Assembly: GCA_963804625.1 (NCBI GenBank)
Contig: CAWDRJ010000013.1
Location: 10,065 to 74,064 of the forward strand
DNA length: 64,000 bases
From: an uncultured Acidobacteriota bacterium
Lineage (GTDB): Bacteria > Acidobacteriota > Terriglobia > Acidiferrales > UBA7541
Direction of reading: 5' to 3'
Of this stretch, positions 1 through 7,416 are shown one piece after another. How positions within the stretch are numbered: position 1 is the first letter of the stretch; the number at the start of each line of letters is the position of its first letter. Both the position numbers and the translations under genes were made by a program. Below the pieces are notes generated by a model that made no database searches, was not told the DNA's origin, and was given only the letters and a program-made list of their open reading frames with translations.

Positions 1-539
1 TGTCCGCCATCGCGCACCTTCACCCGCAATGCATCCATGTACAGGATCGGGTACACCTCATCCAGTACCCGGTTCTGCCACGTCTTGACTTCCTCCATCA
101 CCCCTTCGGTGACGTTGGAGATTAACGTCGGCGAAACCTCCACCCCGTAGATTTCCTGCAGGTGCCCTTCAATTTCTCGCGTAGTCATCCCTCGCGAGTA
201 CATCGAGATGATCTTGTCGTCAAAGCCGCTGAAGCGCGTTTGCCCTTTGCTCACAATGGCGGGCTCAAAGCTCCCGTTGCGATCCCGCGGTGTCTCCAGG
301 TCAATCTCGCCGAACTCGCCCTTCAGCTTCTTCGTAGTGCTCCCGTTTCTTGAGTTCCCACTATTGTGACCGACGGGATCATGCTTTTCGTAGCCCACAT
401 GCTCGGTCAGTTCCACTTTCAGTGCCCGTTCCAAAATCGCCTTGGTGATCTGCTTTAACAGTCCGTTCTCGCCGATAATGTCTTCCGGCTTCTTGTAGTC
501 GGCCAGAAGTTCATCAATCAGCTTCAGATTTATGGTCAT
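1..539 (-). CDS. IS256-family (Mutator-type) transposase, N-terminal ~179 codons, open at the left window edge
   Basis: Own translation of the minus strand from ATG 539-537 gives MTINLKLIDELLADYKKPEDIIGENGLLKQITKAILERALKVELTEHVGYEKHDPVGHNSGNSRNG...EIEGHLQEIYGVEVSPTLISNVTEGVMEEVKTWQNRVLDEVYPILYMDALRVKVRDGG. This is the conserved N-terminal half of IS256-type transposases. It is missing from the ORF track only because it has no stop inside the window. Confidence 0.85.
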   Translation of the reverse strand, partial: MTINLKLIDELLADYKKPEDIIGENGLLKQITKAILERALKVELTEHVGYEKHDPVGHNSGNSRNGSTTKKLKGEFGEIDLETPRDRNGSFEPAIVSKGQTRFSGFDDKIISMYSRGMTTREIEGHLQEIYGVEVSPTLISNVTEGVMEEVKTWQNRVLDEVYPILYMDALRVKVRDGG

Positions 540-610
540 CGGTTCTCCTTGTTCGACTCTGCCCCATGTGATGACCATTTACACAGTTTTCTTTACACCC
601 TCCTAAAACT
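1..610 (-). mobile_element. IS256-family element, right-hand portion (outer end approx 600-612)
   Basis: The transposase start is at 539. About 65 nt of non-coding end (..gaccatttacacagttttctttacaccctcc..) follows before the interrupted host ORF resumes. The exact terminus was not determined. Confidence 0.6.
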
Positions 611-1029
611 CGGACATCCTCATCACTCCCAAACACTATAAGGTAACCATGATTGCCCCTCGCTGAAAGTGTCTGGAAGAGCCTATTTACTGTTGCCACC
701 TGCGAATCCTGCAAATGGCGAGACGACCCGCTTGCATCAACTAAAAGTGAAAACACTAAAAGGTCGTCCTTCACGGGACGGAGTGCTTCAACTTGGGCGG
801 ACTTTCCGTCATCGTGAACGACCAGTTCGTCTTCACGTGGCTGCGAGGTCAGGTGGCCGTGATTGTCAGAAATCGTGACCAACACATGCGCTGTCGGTTT
901 CGGAACCGAGGGAGAGGCTATGTCAACGTTGCTACTCGAAGCTTGAGCAGCCTGCTGGGCGCTTGCCTGGCTAGAGACGATGAGGATCAAAACAAGGCAC
1001 ATCAAGGCGAGGTGGCGAGAAATTCTCAT
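604..1029 (-). pseudogene. Secreted VWA-domain protein, 3'-truncated by the IS256 insertion
   Basis: ORF 514-1029 begins with a signal peptide (MRISRHLALMCLVLILIVSSQASAQQ) and contains a VWA MIDAS-like LLVDASGSS motif. After ..GSDEDVRVL the reading frame runs into IS256 end sequence and loses similarity. Confidence 0.5.
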
Positions 1030-1232
1030 ACGGTCCGTCGTCGGGGCTGGGCAGATTCTACGCTTCCAAGAGTCCCGAATGTTGTGAATTGAGCGTGGAA
1101 AGTTCTGGTTCCAACTTAGGTCTTAGGAAGTCTGGTTCTACTATCCAGAAACGCCACAAACGACTCTAGCATATCGATCGTTCAATTTTGTGCTTGACCT
1201 CCAGACGCAAAGGTGGAGGTAACTCCTGTGTA

Positions 1233-1294
1233 GTCGCGTTACCGGAGATGTGAAGTAGCGCTTTATTTGTCTGATTGGGGCGTTAATCAGGACC
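1233..1294 (+). repeat. Repeat unit U1 (core GTCGCGTTACCGGA plus distal GATTGGGGCGTTAATCAGG)
   Basis: GTCGCGTTACCGGA is at 1233-1246. The hairpin GGTAAC(1218-1223)/GTTACC(1238-1243) overlaps it, and the distal motif CGTTAATCAGG is at 1281-1291. The unit lies 23 bp beyond the stop of minus-strand ORF 1317-2390. Confidence 0.7.
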
Positions 1295-1316
1295 TAGGAT
1301 AGGTCTGAGCTTCGGC

Positions 1317-2390
1317 TCATGCTGGTTGGCGCACCTCGGAGATCGTGATCCAATTGGAGACGCCGTCGCTCACGAACGTCCTCGATCCATGCTTGCCAAC
1401 GTGGACAGGAGCCGTATCCCCGTCGATCGTTTCGCCCGGAGCCGGGCGAACTTTCAACATGGATCCCCCAACTACTTCCGCGACGACCACCTCCTGACCA
1501 CCGGAATAAAGACCTACTGCGGTGGCCCCGATCTTGAATCCACCGGGAACGTCGGCAATCGGTGTAAGTTCTTGCGTAAACCCAGGATGAGTGCCATCGC
1601 ATCGAACCAGAACGTTCGGCGTGCTGATAGTCTGGCTCGCGGTTGCGGGCGGTGCCGGGGGACGAGGGATCACGAGGCGTTGAATTCGACCCTGCGGTCC
1701 GAAACTATAGCTGCCGCCGGCAGTAATGCTCGTCTGCACCGCTGCTACTTGAGCCGAGCTGCTGAGAGCACCAAAAAGTACCGAGGCGCCGTTCGCGCTC
1801 GATATCACGTTCTGACCGGTCTGGTTCTGACCCAACAGGTTGAGTGTCAGCATGCTCGTCGGACCGGTATGTCGGATCAGCGGGGTAGGATTCGGAACGT
1901 CTGTGGTCGGCATCCCGAAGAGGGAATTCTGTAAGAAGAACAGGGCTGACTGGCTTCCGAGATCGAACATGGGAACATCGAATTGGTTCACAAGCTGCGG
2001 GTTGCCACAATCGTCTCTCATCCCGATGTGTACGTGGTCGCGAGTGCCGAAATCCGAGATTGGCGCAGGATCGGGACTCTTTGCCAGGTTCACGATCGTG
2101 AGTTGGCCGCCGATCATGCGAAGGTCTGTAAACACGGCGCCGCTCAGGATGTGCACAGTGGTGCGGGGAACGGTCTGCCGCGGCCCAAATCCGGCCCACA
2201 TCACATCCTTCATTGGCCAAACGCCTGCGGGGATCTCGCAAAACGCCGGGGCCGGAAGAAGTGAGTCGTCGAACTCGAGGATCTTGCGCCCCTCCACGCA
2301 CGACATGGCTTTGATAAGCAACTGCCAATCAGTGAAAACGTTCCCTTCCGATGGCCCCCCGGGTCGGAACACGAAGAGATTTCCGTTCAT
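1317..2390 (-). CDS. Hypothetical protein, 357 aa, no recognisable domain
   Basis: A long ORF with a GGAGGG Shine-Dalgarno just upstream of ATG 2390. It has no signal peptide and includes a Gly/Ser/Thr/Gln-rich central region. It is bounded by repeat units U1 and U1b. Confidence 0.6.
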   Translation of the reverse strand: MNGNLFVFRPGGPSEGNVFTDWQLLIKAMSCVEGRKILEFDDSLLPAPAFCEIPAGVWPMKDVMWAGFGPRQTVPRTTVHILSGAVFTDLRMIGGQLTIVNLAKSPDPAPISDFGTRDHVHIGMRDDCGNPQLVNQFDVPMFDLGSQSALFFLQNSLFGMPTTDVPNPTPLIRHTGPTSMLTLNLLGQNQTGQNVISSANGASVLFGALSSSAQVAAVQTSITAGGSYSFGPQGRIQRLVIPRPPAPPATASQTISTPNVLVRCDGTHPGFTQELTPIADVPGGFKIGATAVGLYSGGQEVVVAEVVGGSMLKVRPAPGETIDGDTAPVHVGKHGSRTFVSDGVSNWITISEVRQPA

Positions 2391-2508
2391 CGCGCCCTCC
2401 TTGGCGTTGCGGAACGCGGTTTCGCCGGGCCGTTGCGCGATAGGGTCGAAGCTCTCCTTTAAGAAAGGTGTTTCTCGGTGAGCGACCGCCCTATCCGTCT
2501 TTAACCTA

Positions 2509-2538
2509 GCGCTTACCGTTCCGGAATGGTGAGATTAG
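2509..2538 (+). repeat. Repeat unit U1b (degenerate, U5-like)
   Basis: GCGCTTACCGttCCGGAatgGTGAGATTAG resembles U5 (TCGCCTTACCGGA...GTGTGATTAGGC). Confidence 0.45.
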
Positions 2539-2761
2539 TTTGCCTACGTCGGATTCTCCCGTACTCCTCGGTTTCGACTGGCGAGTACGCGGAATAGTCT
2601 GGTTAATAGTGCGCAATTGCGGCACATCGTTGCATCATTCTTAGAAATTGAAACCGTGGAGTGAAAGGAGTCCAAGCGGGCCTCGGAAAAAATCCCCCCA
2701 AAAGAATCGGACAATCGAAAACGAGCTTTTGCAGATGAGCCGGGTGATTGTGCGCTAAGTC

Positions 2762-2782
2762 CCGGTAAGTCGCGTTACCGGA
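2762..2782 (+). repeat. Repeat unit U2, 5' half (perfect hairpin CCGGTAA-gtcgcg-TTACCGG followed by A)
   Basis: The 7-bp stem spans 2762-2768/2775-2781. The group II intron starts 1 nt after it. Confidence 0.75.
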
Positions 2783-3011
2783 GTGCGACCTGTAAAGCTG
2801 CTGAATATGATTGTCTGGGGAGGAGGAAATCGATCAGACCGTGCGTCCCATCGCACGTAGCCTACAAAGCAGAGCGGGGAGGCAACGAACCGTTCTGGAG
2901 CCCTTGGACAATGTACCCATGCTCGTAAGAGCAGCGCCGAAACCGCGAGGCCACGGTGTATCTGCCAGCATTAGGTGGAGACGGGCCTAGGCTTGATCGT
3001 AGGGTCAGAAT

Positions 3012-4514
3012 CACTGCTGTCCAAATTAGCTGAGAACTCGGCTCGGACATATCCAGAATAAGGGCAAAAGTCGTCACCGGAGCCTTAGACGTGGGGCAGG
3101 TTGGCGGGCCCGAAGGGTTGCTCCTGTTCTGATGCTGTCTAAATTCTCCCCCCCTAAAATCTCGCAGTTACGCGTTTTTTTCGATGTAGATGATCGCTGC
3201 TGTCCAACCGATTGGCCCACTTAGGCCAATTGCAACGCCAACTGTTGTGGCGAGGTGGGTGGCATCGGCGGCGGTTGAAAGGGATCATCGATCCAAGTCC
3301 ACAGGTCACGGTAAACAAATAACTGCTGCCGTAGGAGTGCCACCAGATTCGAAAGGGACCAACCGAATGTCGACCGTAGTTGCAGATATTTCACCAGCAG
3401 CATGGCGATCAGCGCCGTCCAAAGCTGCGTCTTCAAGGCGTTAGCCGAAGTCCCTACAAACGTTTTCACCCGCAGCGACTGTTTTAAGGCCCGGAAAAAC
3501 AACTCTATTTGCCAGCGTTCCTGGTACACCGAGGCGATGGTAGCCGCCGCCAGTTCCAAGTGATTGGTCAGAAATACCAGCACGCGATCGCGCTCCTTAT
3601 CGTAAAACTCGATCCGCCGGAAGTAGGCATCCCTGCCCGCCTGGGCCAGCTTGTAGAAAAAGACCACTTCATCCCGTAGCACGCTGCGCCGCTGTGGAAC
3701 TTCACGCTTCTCCACCACTCCGTAGTCGGCGTTTTCCTTCAAGCGGGTCACAAAATAGACCGCTTGCTTGGTTAAGTTCGCAAACCATTCGTAATCCGTA
3801 TAGCCGCGGTCAAACACTAAAATCGCCCCCGGCGCAAACTGCATCTGCCGCGCCACGCGTACCTCATGCTTTTTGCCTTCCGTGATCACCGCGAAGGACG
3901 GCAAATAGCCATCGTGGTCCAGCAACAGGTGCAGCTTCACCGCACCTTTCGTCAGGCGAAACTTGGCCCAATCAAACATCGTGGCGCAGAGATCGATCAC
4001 CGTGGCATCCAAGCTCAGCAGCGGGTTCTTGAAACGGAATTTCCTCTTCTTCCTGGTTCCTGCTTGGCTGGCCGCCAGGATCTGGCACTTCGCCAGCAGT
4101 TGTTCAAATACCGTGCGCTGCAACTGCCAAGGCCGATGTTCGTTGGCATAAGCCAAGGTGGAGCGAGCCGGAGCGGTGGGCAAACCCAGATGGCGAAGTT
4201 TTCCTTCACTGGCGGCCAAGCCCCCACAGATTTCACGCAAGGACTTGGCGTGGCCCAGCTGACAAAAGAGCATAGCGATGAACTGGCCCCAACTACTGAA
4301 ACCGCGGGCATGCCACTCGGCCTGGTGCTGGCGCACGGCCGATTCAAATTCTAAACGAGGAATCAACTGCAGAATTTGTGAGAAAATACTGCTGACTCGA
4401 GTCAAGGCTGAGCCTCCTTAGCGTTGTGATTGGCTTTTGCAGAGCCCAACCTCAAGCTATCAGATGCTCGGCCTTTCTTACTTCACAAAACCAAATCCTA
4501 ATTTGGACAAGCGT
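3012..4514 (-). mobile_element. IS4-family insertion sequence (1503 bp) with 10-bp target duplication
   Basis: The terminal inverted repeats are CACTGCTGTCCAAATTAG (3012-) and the reverse complement of CTAATTTGGACAAGCGT (-4514). The direct repeat GGGTCAGAAT occurs at 3002-3011 and 4515-4524. Confidence 0.85.
3221..4405 (-). CDS. IS4-family DDE transposase (394 aa)
   Basis: The N-terminus is DUF4372-like (MTRVSSIFSQILQLIPRLEFESAV). DDE_Tnp_1 style blocks are present: LSLDATVIDL, ILVFDRGYTDYEWF, YQERWQIELFFRALKQ. Confidence 0.9.
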   Translation of the reverse strand: MTRVSSIFSQILQLIPRLEFESAVRQHQAEWHARGFSSWGQFIAMLFCQLGHAKSLREICGGLAASEGKLRHLGLPTAPARSTLAYANEHRPWQLQRTVFEQLLAKCQILAASQAGTRKKRKFRFKNPLLSLDATVIDLCATMFDWAKFRLTKGAVKLHLLLDHDGYLPSFAVITEGKKHEVRVARQMQFAPGAILVFDRGYTDYEWFANLTKQAVYFVTRLKENADYGVVEKREVPQRRSVLRDEVVFFYKLAQAGRDAYFRRIEFYDKERDRVLVFLTNHLELAAATIASVYQERWQIELFFRALKQSLRVKTFVGTSANALKTQLWTALIAMLLVKYLQLRSTFGWSLSNLVALLRQQLFVYRDLWTWIDDPFQPPPMPPTSPQQLALQLA

Positions 4515-5135
4515 GGGTCAGAATATACAAATGCTCCTAAGCGTCGTCACGCGAAGAGAGCCTAAAATGCTGCGCGGCTCTTCTTGCAGTGGGCACAGAG
4601 GCTTCCGGTTCCTCTGTCATGGGTAATCAACACTGCCGGCGTATAGAGCAGACCTAACCGATCGCGTCATTTCAGCGGAACAGGGTAAGCCCGGATCGCT
4701 CCCCGCAAGGGGAAGGACCATCGCAAGATGGCTCCAATGGCGATGCGGGCAACGGAGATGGGAGCAAGCGAAGGCTGCCCTGTAATCGGGCAGATAGAGG
4801 TTGCGTCGCCTCGTGGGGACAAGATCACCTCGCCGGAAACGGAGCTGACTTCCTGTTGGTGCTCAACTCGAGAACTCTTGAGGAACCGATGTATGAAGCA
4901 AAGCAAATGACGACGGCGCAAGCCGTTGGTGCAGCTTCACACACGACCGGTGGATTCTCCGCCGCTGTGCGAATCGGCAGCAAGTCAGTATCGAGTAGGT
5001 CTTGCTTCGTTTTGAATCAGGCCGCGTCCTCGTTTTTCAGGGGGGCGTTTTTGGGTGCTCGAGCCGGATGAGGGGAAACCTTCACGTCCGGTTCTTAGAG
5101 GGCTGGGCGTCAGCAATGGCGCCCGGCTACTCGAC

Positions 5136-5177
5136 AACTTGAAAAACCACTTGGACGATTAGCGTTGATCCGGCATG
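5136..5177 (+). repeat. Repeat unit U2, 3' half
   Basis: AACTTGAAAAACCACTTGGACGATTAGCGTTGATCCGGCATG aligns with U4 (AACTGAGAATTCCACTTCTCCGGTAACCGCGTTTATCAGGCATG) and with U3. Confidence 0.75.
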
Positions 5178-5225
5178 TCTCATGGCAATTGCGATCCACT
5201 GTGCGCCGTTGTATCGTTCTGAGCG

Positions 5226-5495
5226 GTGGATCTTCCCGAGCAATGGGCATTGATCGAAGCTGACCTTGAGCGGGCGCGGAGCACTCTGCCTCAAGAGGCT
5301 GCGACCAGCGAACCCGTTCGCTACTATCAAGCGTTTCTCAACCACAATGAACTTGAATTGGCGTGCGACATGCTCGAAGCGTATGCCGAGGATCATCAGG
5401 TCAGTAAAGAATTTTGGATCGCCCTTAGCGATGCCGCTACGAAAATGAACTTGCCGAGCGCAACACGATACACGAAATTTGCCGAAAGTACTTAG
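5226..5495 (+). CDS. Small orphan protein, MafI-like immunity protein (89 aa, GTG start)
   Basis: Its size and the motif ..YYQAFLNHNELELACDMLEAYAEDHQVSKEFWIALSDAATKMNL.. resemble MafI-family immunity proteins as I remember them. No toxin gene is adjacent. Confidence 0.45.
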   Translation: MDLPEQWALIEADLERARSTLPQEAATSEPVRYYQAFLNHNELELACDMLEAYAEDHQVSKEFWIALSDAATKMNLPSATRYTKFAEST

Positions 5496-5521
5496 CTTGG
5501 CCCCTGGTTTGATTGCTAGTG

Positions 5522-5594
5522 CCTGGTTTGTCGCCTAACCGGAAAAGTCAAATTGCCTGAAATCCACTTGGACGGTTACCGCGTTTATCGGGAG
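5522..5594 (+). repeat. Repeat unit U3
   Basis: The sequence is CCTGGTTTGTCGCCTAACCGGAAAAGTCAAATTGCCTGAAATCCACTTGGACGGTTACCGCGTTTATCGGGAG. The hairpin arms are CCtGGTT/AACCGG. The unit starts 27 bp after the stop of ORF 5226-5495. Confidence 0.75.
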
Positions 5595-5699
5595 CGAGTG
5601 GCTTTCGACTTCTCTAATCTTGGACCTCTTTCGCTCCGTCGAGTCTGCTTGGCTCGTTAGTTGTCACTACGGAACGTATGCAAGGGGTATACTGAGCGC

Positions 5700-6107
5700 A
5701 TGTCGCAAAGTGATTTAGTTGTTGTTCAATCGTACGGCACTGAAGGCGAGGCCGAGGTTGCGAAGGGCATCCTCGAATCTTCAGGCATCGATGCGATGAT
5801 TCAGGCGGATACGGCTGGTCGCATGCGAGAGCATCTGGCATGGAGCGGCCTGGGACATCGGGTGCTCGTGCGCGAAGAAGATGCCGCCGCGGCGCGAAGC
5901 CTTCTTGCCTTGCCCCAAAACGATGATCTCGTGCTACTTCAGAATGCAACGGAGATCCAAGTGGAAGATCTGCAAGGTGCGCTTTTGTCCGCAGGCATTT
6001 TCGCAACAGTCCGGTATGACGGCACTTATTATCAGATCCTCGTGAATGAAGAAGATGCAGCGGACGCTCGCAAGGTGCTTGATGCGCTCCCAGAAGCGCG
6101 ACCATAG
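5700..6107 (+). CDS. DUF2007-like (putative signal-transducing) protein, two tandem repeats
   Basis: From ATG 5700 the protein reads MSQSDLVVVQSYGTEGEAEVAKGILESSGIDAMIQ... and carries a second copy, ..LQGALLSAGIFATVRYDG..EEDAADARKVL. This pattern is typical of DUF2007. Confidence 0.6.
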   Translation: MSQSDLVVVQSYGTEGEAEVAKGILESSGIDAMIQADTAGRMREHLAWSGLGHRVLVREEDAAAARSLLALPQNDDLVLLQNATEIQVEDLQGALLSAGIFATVRYDGTYYQILVNEEDAADARKVLDALPEARP

Positions 6108-6165
6108 CGACAAACCAGTGGCCTGATTCCCAGCTCCCGATAAGCCCTGACTGCGTCTTCGACGC

Positions 6166-6223
6166 GTCGCTAGTGCCAGAAACTTGTCCAGAGTCTTCCT
6201 CTTTGCCAAAGTGATCCTGGGAT
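6166..6223 (+). repeat. Repeat unit U3b
   Basis: The sequence is GTCGCTAGTGCCAGAAACTTGTCCAGAGTCTTCCTCTTTGCCAAAGTGATCCTGGGAT. AGAAACTTG matches the joined U2 (GGAAACTTG), and GTGATCCTGGGAT matches GTTGATCCGGCAT. Confidence 0.6.
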
Positions 6224-7416
6224 TCGATTCGGCAAGCTAAGGCCGATATACGACATGGCGCTTCGTGCCCGACGGTTAGCATGGCTCCGGTACTGGCGAT
6301 CACTTGTTTGGTGGCAAGGACTGAATGTGCACAGTCCTTTGACCCCGTTGGAGAGTTTCTTAAACCGGTCGTCACCGGGCCGAACCGAATCCCTATTTCC
6401 ATCAAGGAGTACAGGGATGAGGACGGACACAAAGCTGTGGCGAAGTCGAAAGGCGAAGCAAGAACTGGCGCGGCGGTTGCAGTCTGAGAACCCAGGACTG
6501 GAGGTGGTCCAGCCACACGCCGCGGGAATCGATGTGGGCAATAGTGCGCACTACGCGGCCGTGAGACCGGATCGTGATTCGCAACCGGTACGCCGATTCG
6601 AGTGCTTCACCGCGGATCTGTATCGCTTAGCCGACTGGTTGCAGAACTGTGGTGTGCAGACCGTGGCTTTGCAGTCGACGGGGGTGTATTGGATTCCCTT
6701 GTACGACATTTTGGAAGAACGTGGGTTCCAGGTCTATCTGGTTAACGCCCGGCACACCAAGAATCTGCCGGGACGCAAGAGCGATGTGCAGGAAAGCCAG
6801 TGGCTATTGAAATTGCATACCTACGGGTTGTTGAATAATTCGTTCCAACCACCCTCGAAGATTCGGATCCTACGCACCTACTGGCGGCAGCGGTTACAAC
6901 ACGTCACGGGAGCAGCCACCTGTGTGCAACGCATGCAGAAAGCGCTGACGCAGATGAACATACAGTTAGCGAATGTGATCAGCGACCTGAGCGGGGTGAC
7001 TGGACAGCTGATTGTGCGGGCCATCGTCGCTGGTGAACGTGACCCGTGGAAGCTCGCCGAACTCAGTCACCCGCGGATTCAAGCCAGCCGCGAGGAGATT
7101 GCCAAAAGCCTAGAAGGCAACTGGCGCCAGGAGTTGATCTTTGTGCTGCAACAAGAAATCCAGATGTATGACACCTACCAGCGACGAGTTGCGGAATGCG
7201 ACCAGGAATTGCAGAAGCACCTGAGCGCTTTTGCCGATACTGTCTCGCCGCCAGGGAAGGAAGAACCACCCCCGAAAAAGAAGAAGAAACAAAACAAGAA
7301 TAATCCTCACTTCCATCTCGCTGCTGAACTGCAGCGCATCAGCGGAGTGGATCTGACGCGCATCGACGGCGTCGATGTGATGGTCGCGCAAACGCTCGTA
7401 AGTGAAGTGGGACTAG

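Larger units (their letters stand above)
2783..5135 (+). mobile_element. ORF-less group II intron (~841 nt of intron RNA), interrupted by an IS4-family element
   Basis: The 5' end is GTGCGAC at 2783. Domain V lies at 5061-5094 (GAGCCGGATGAGGGGAAACCTTCACGTCCGGTTC) and shows the AGC triad, an AC bulge and a GAAA loop. Domain VI has an 11-bp stem, a GCAA loop, a bulged A at 5129 and a 3' end ..CTACTCGAC at 5135. Many GNRA hairpins are present and there is no RT ORF. Joining the flanks recreates a repeat unit homologous to U3b and U4. Confidence 0.65.

Noticed and set aside
162-353. A 63-aa + strand ORF at the window start.
   Set aside because: It lies antisense within the IS256 transposase coding region.
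2841-2845. A second GTGCG as an alternative 5' end of the ORF-less intron. It is supported by some similarity of 2783-2840 to the tail of unit U1.
   Set aside because: I kept 2783 as the primary call for two reasons. The exon junction then matches units U3b and U4. The EBS1-like loop pairs perfectly with ACCGGA (2777-2782), whereas no good complement to TCAGACC exists in domain I. The question is not fully excluded.
4667-5071. Small ORFs (60-84 aa) between the IS4 and the MafI-like gene.
   Set aside because: The region folds as group II intron RNA (GNRA-capped stems, domains V and VI). The ORFs have no start context or motifs.
5614-6516. Minus-strand 300-aa ORF spanning the DUF2007 gene, unit U3b and the IS110 5' region.
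   Set aside because: It crosses obvious feature boundaries, lies antisense to a better-supported gene and has no motifs.
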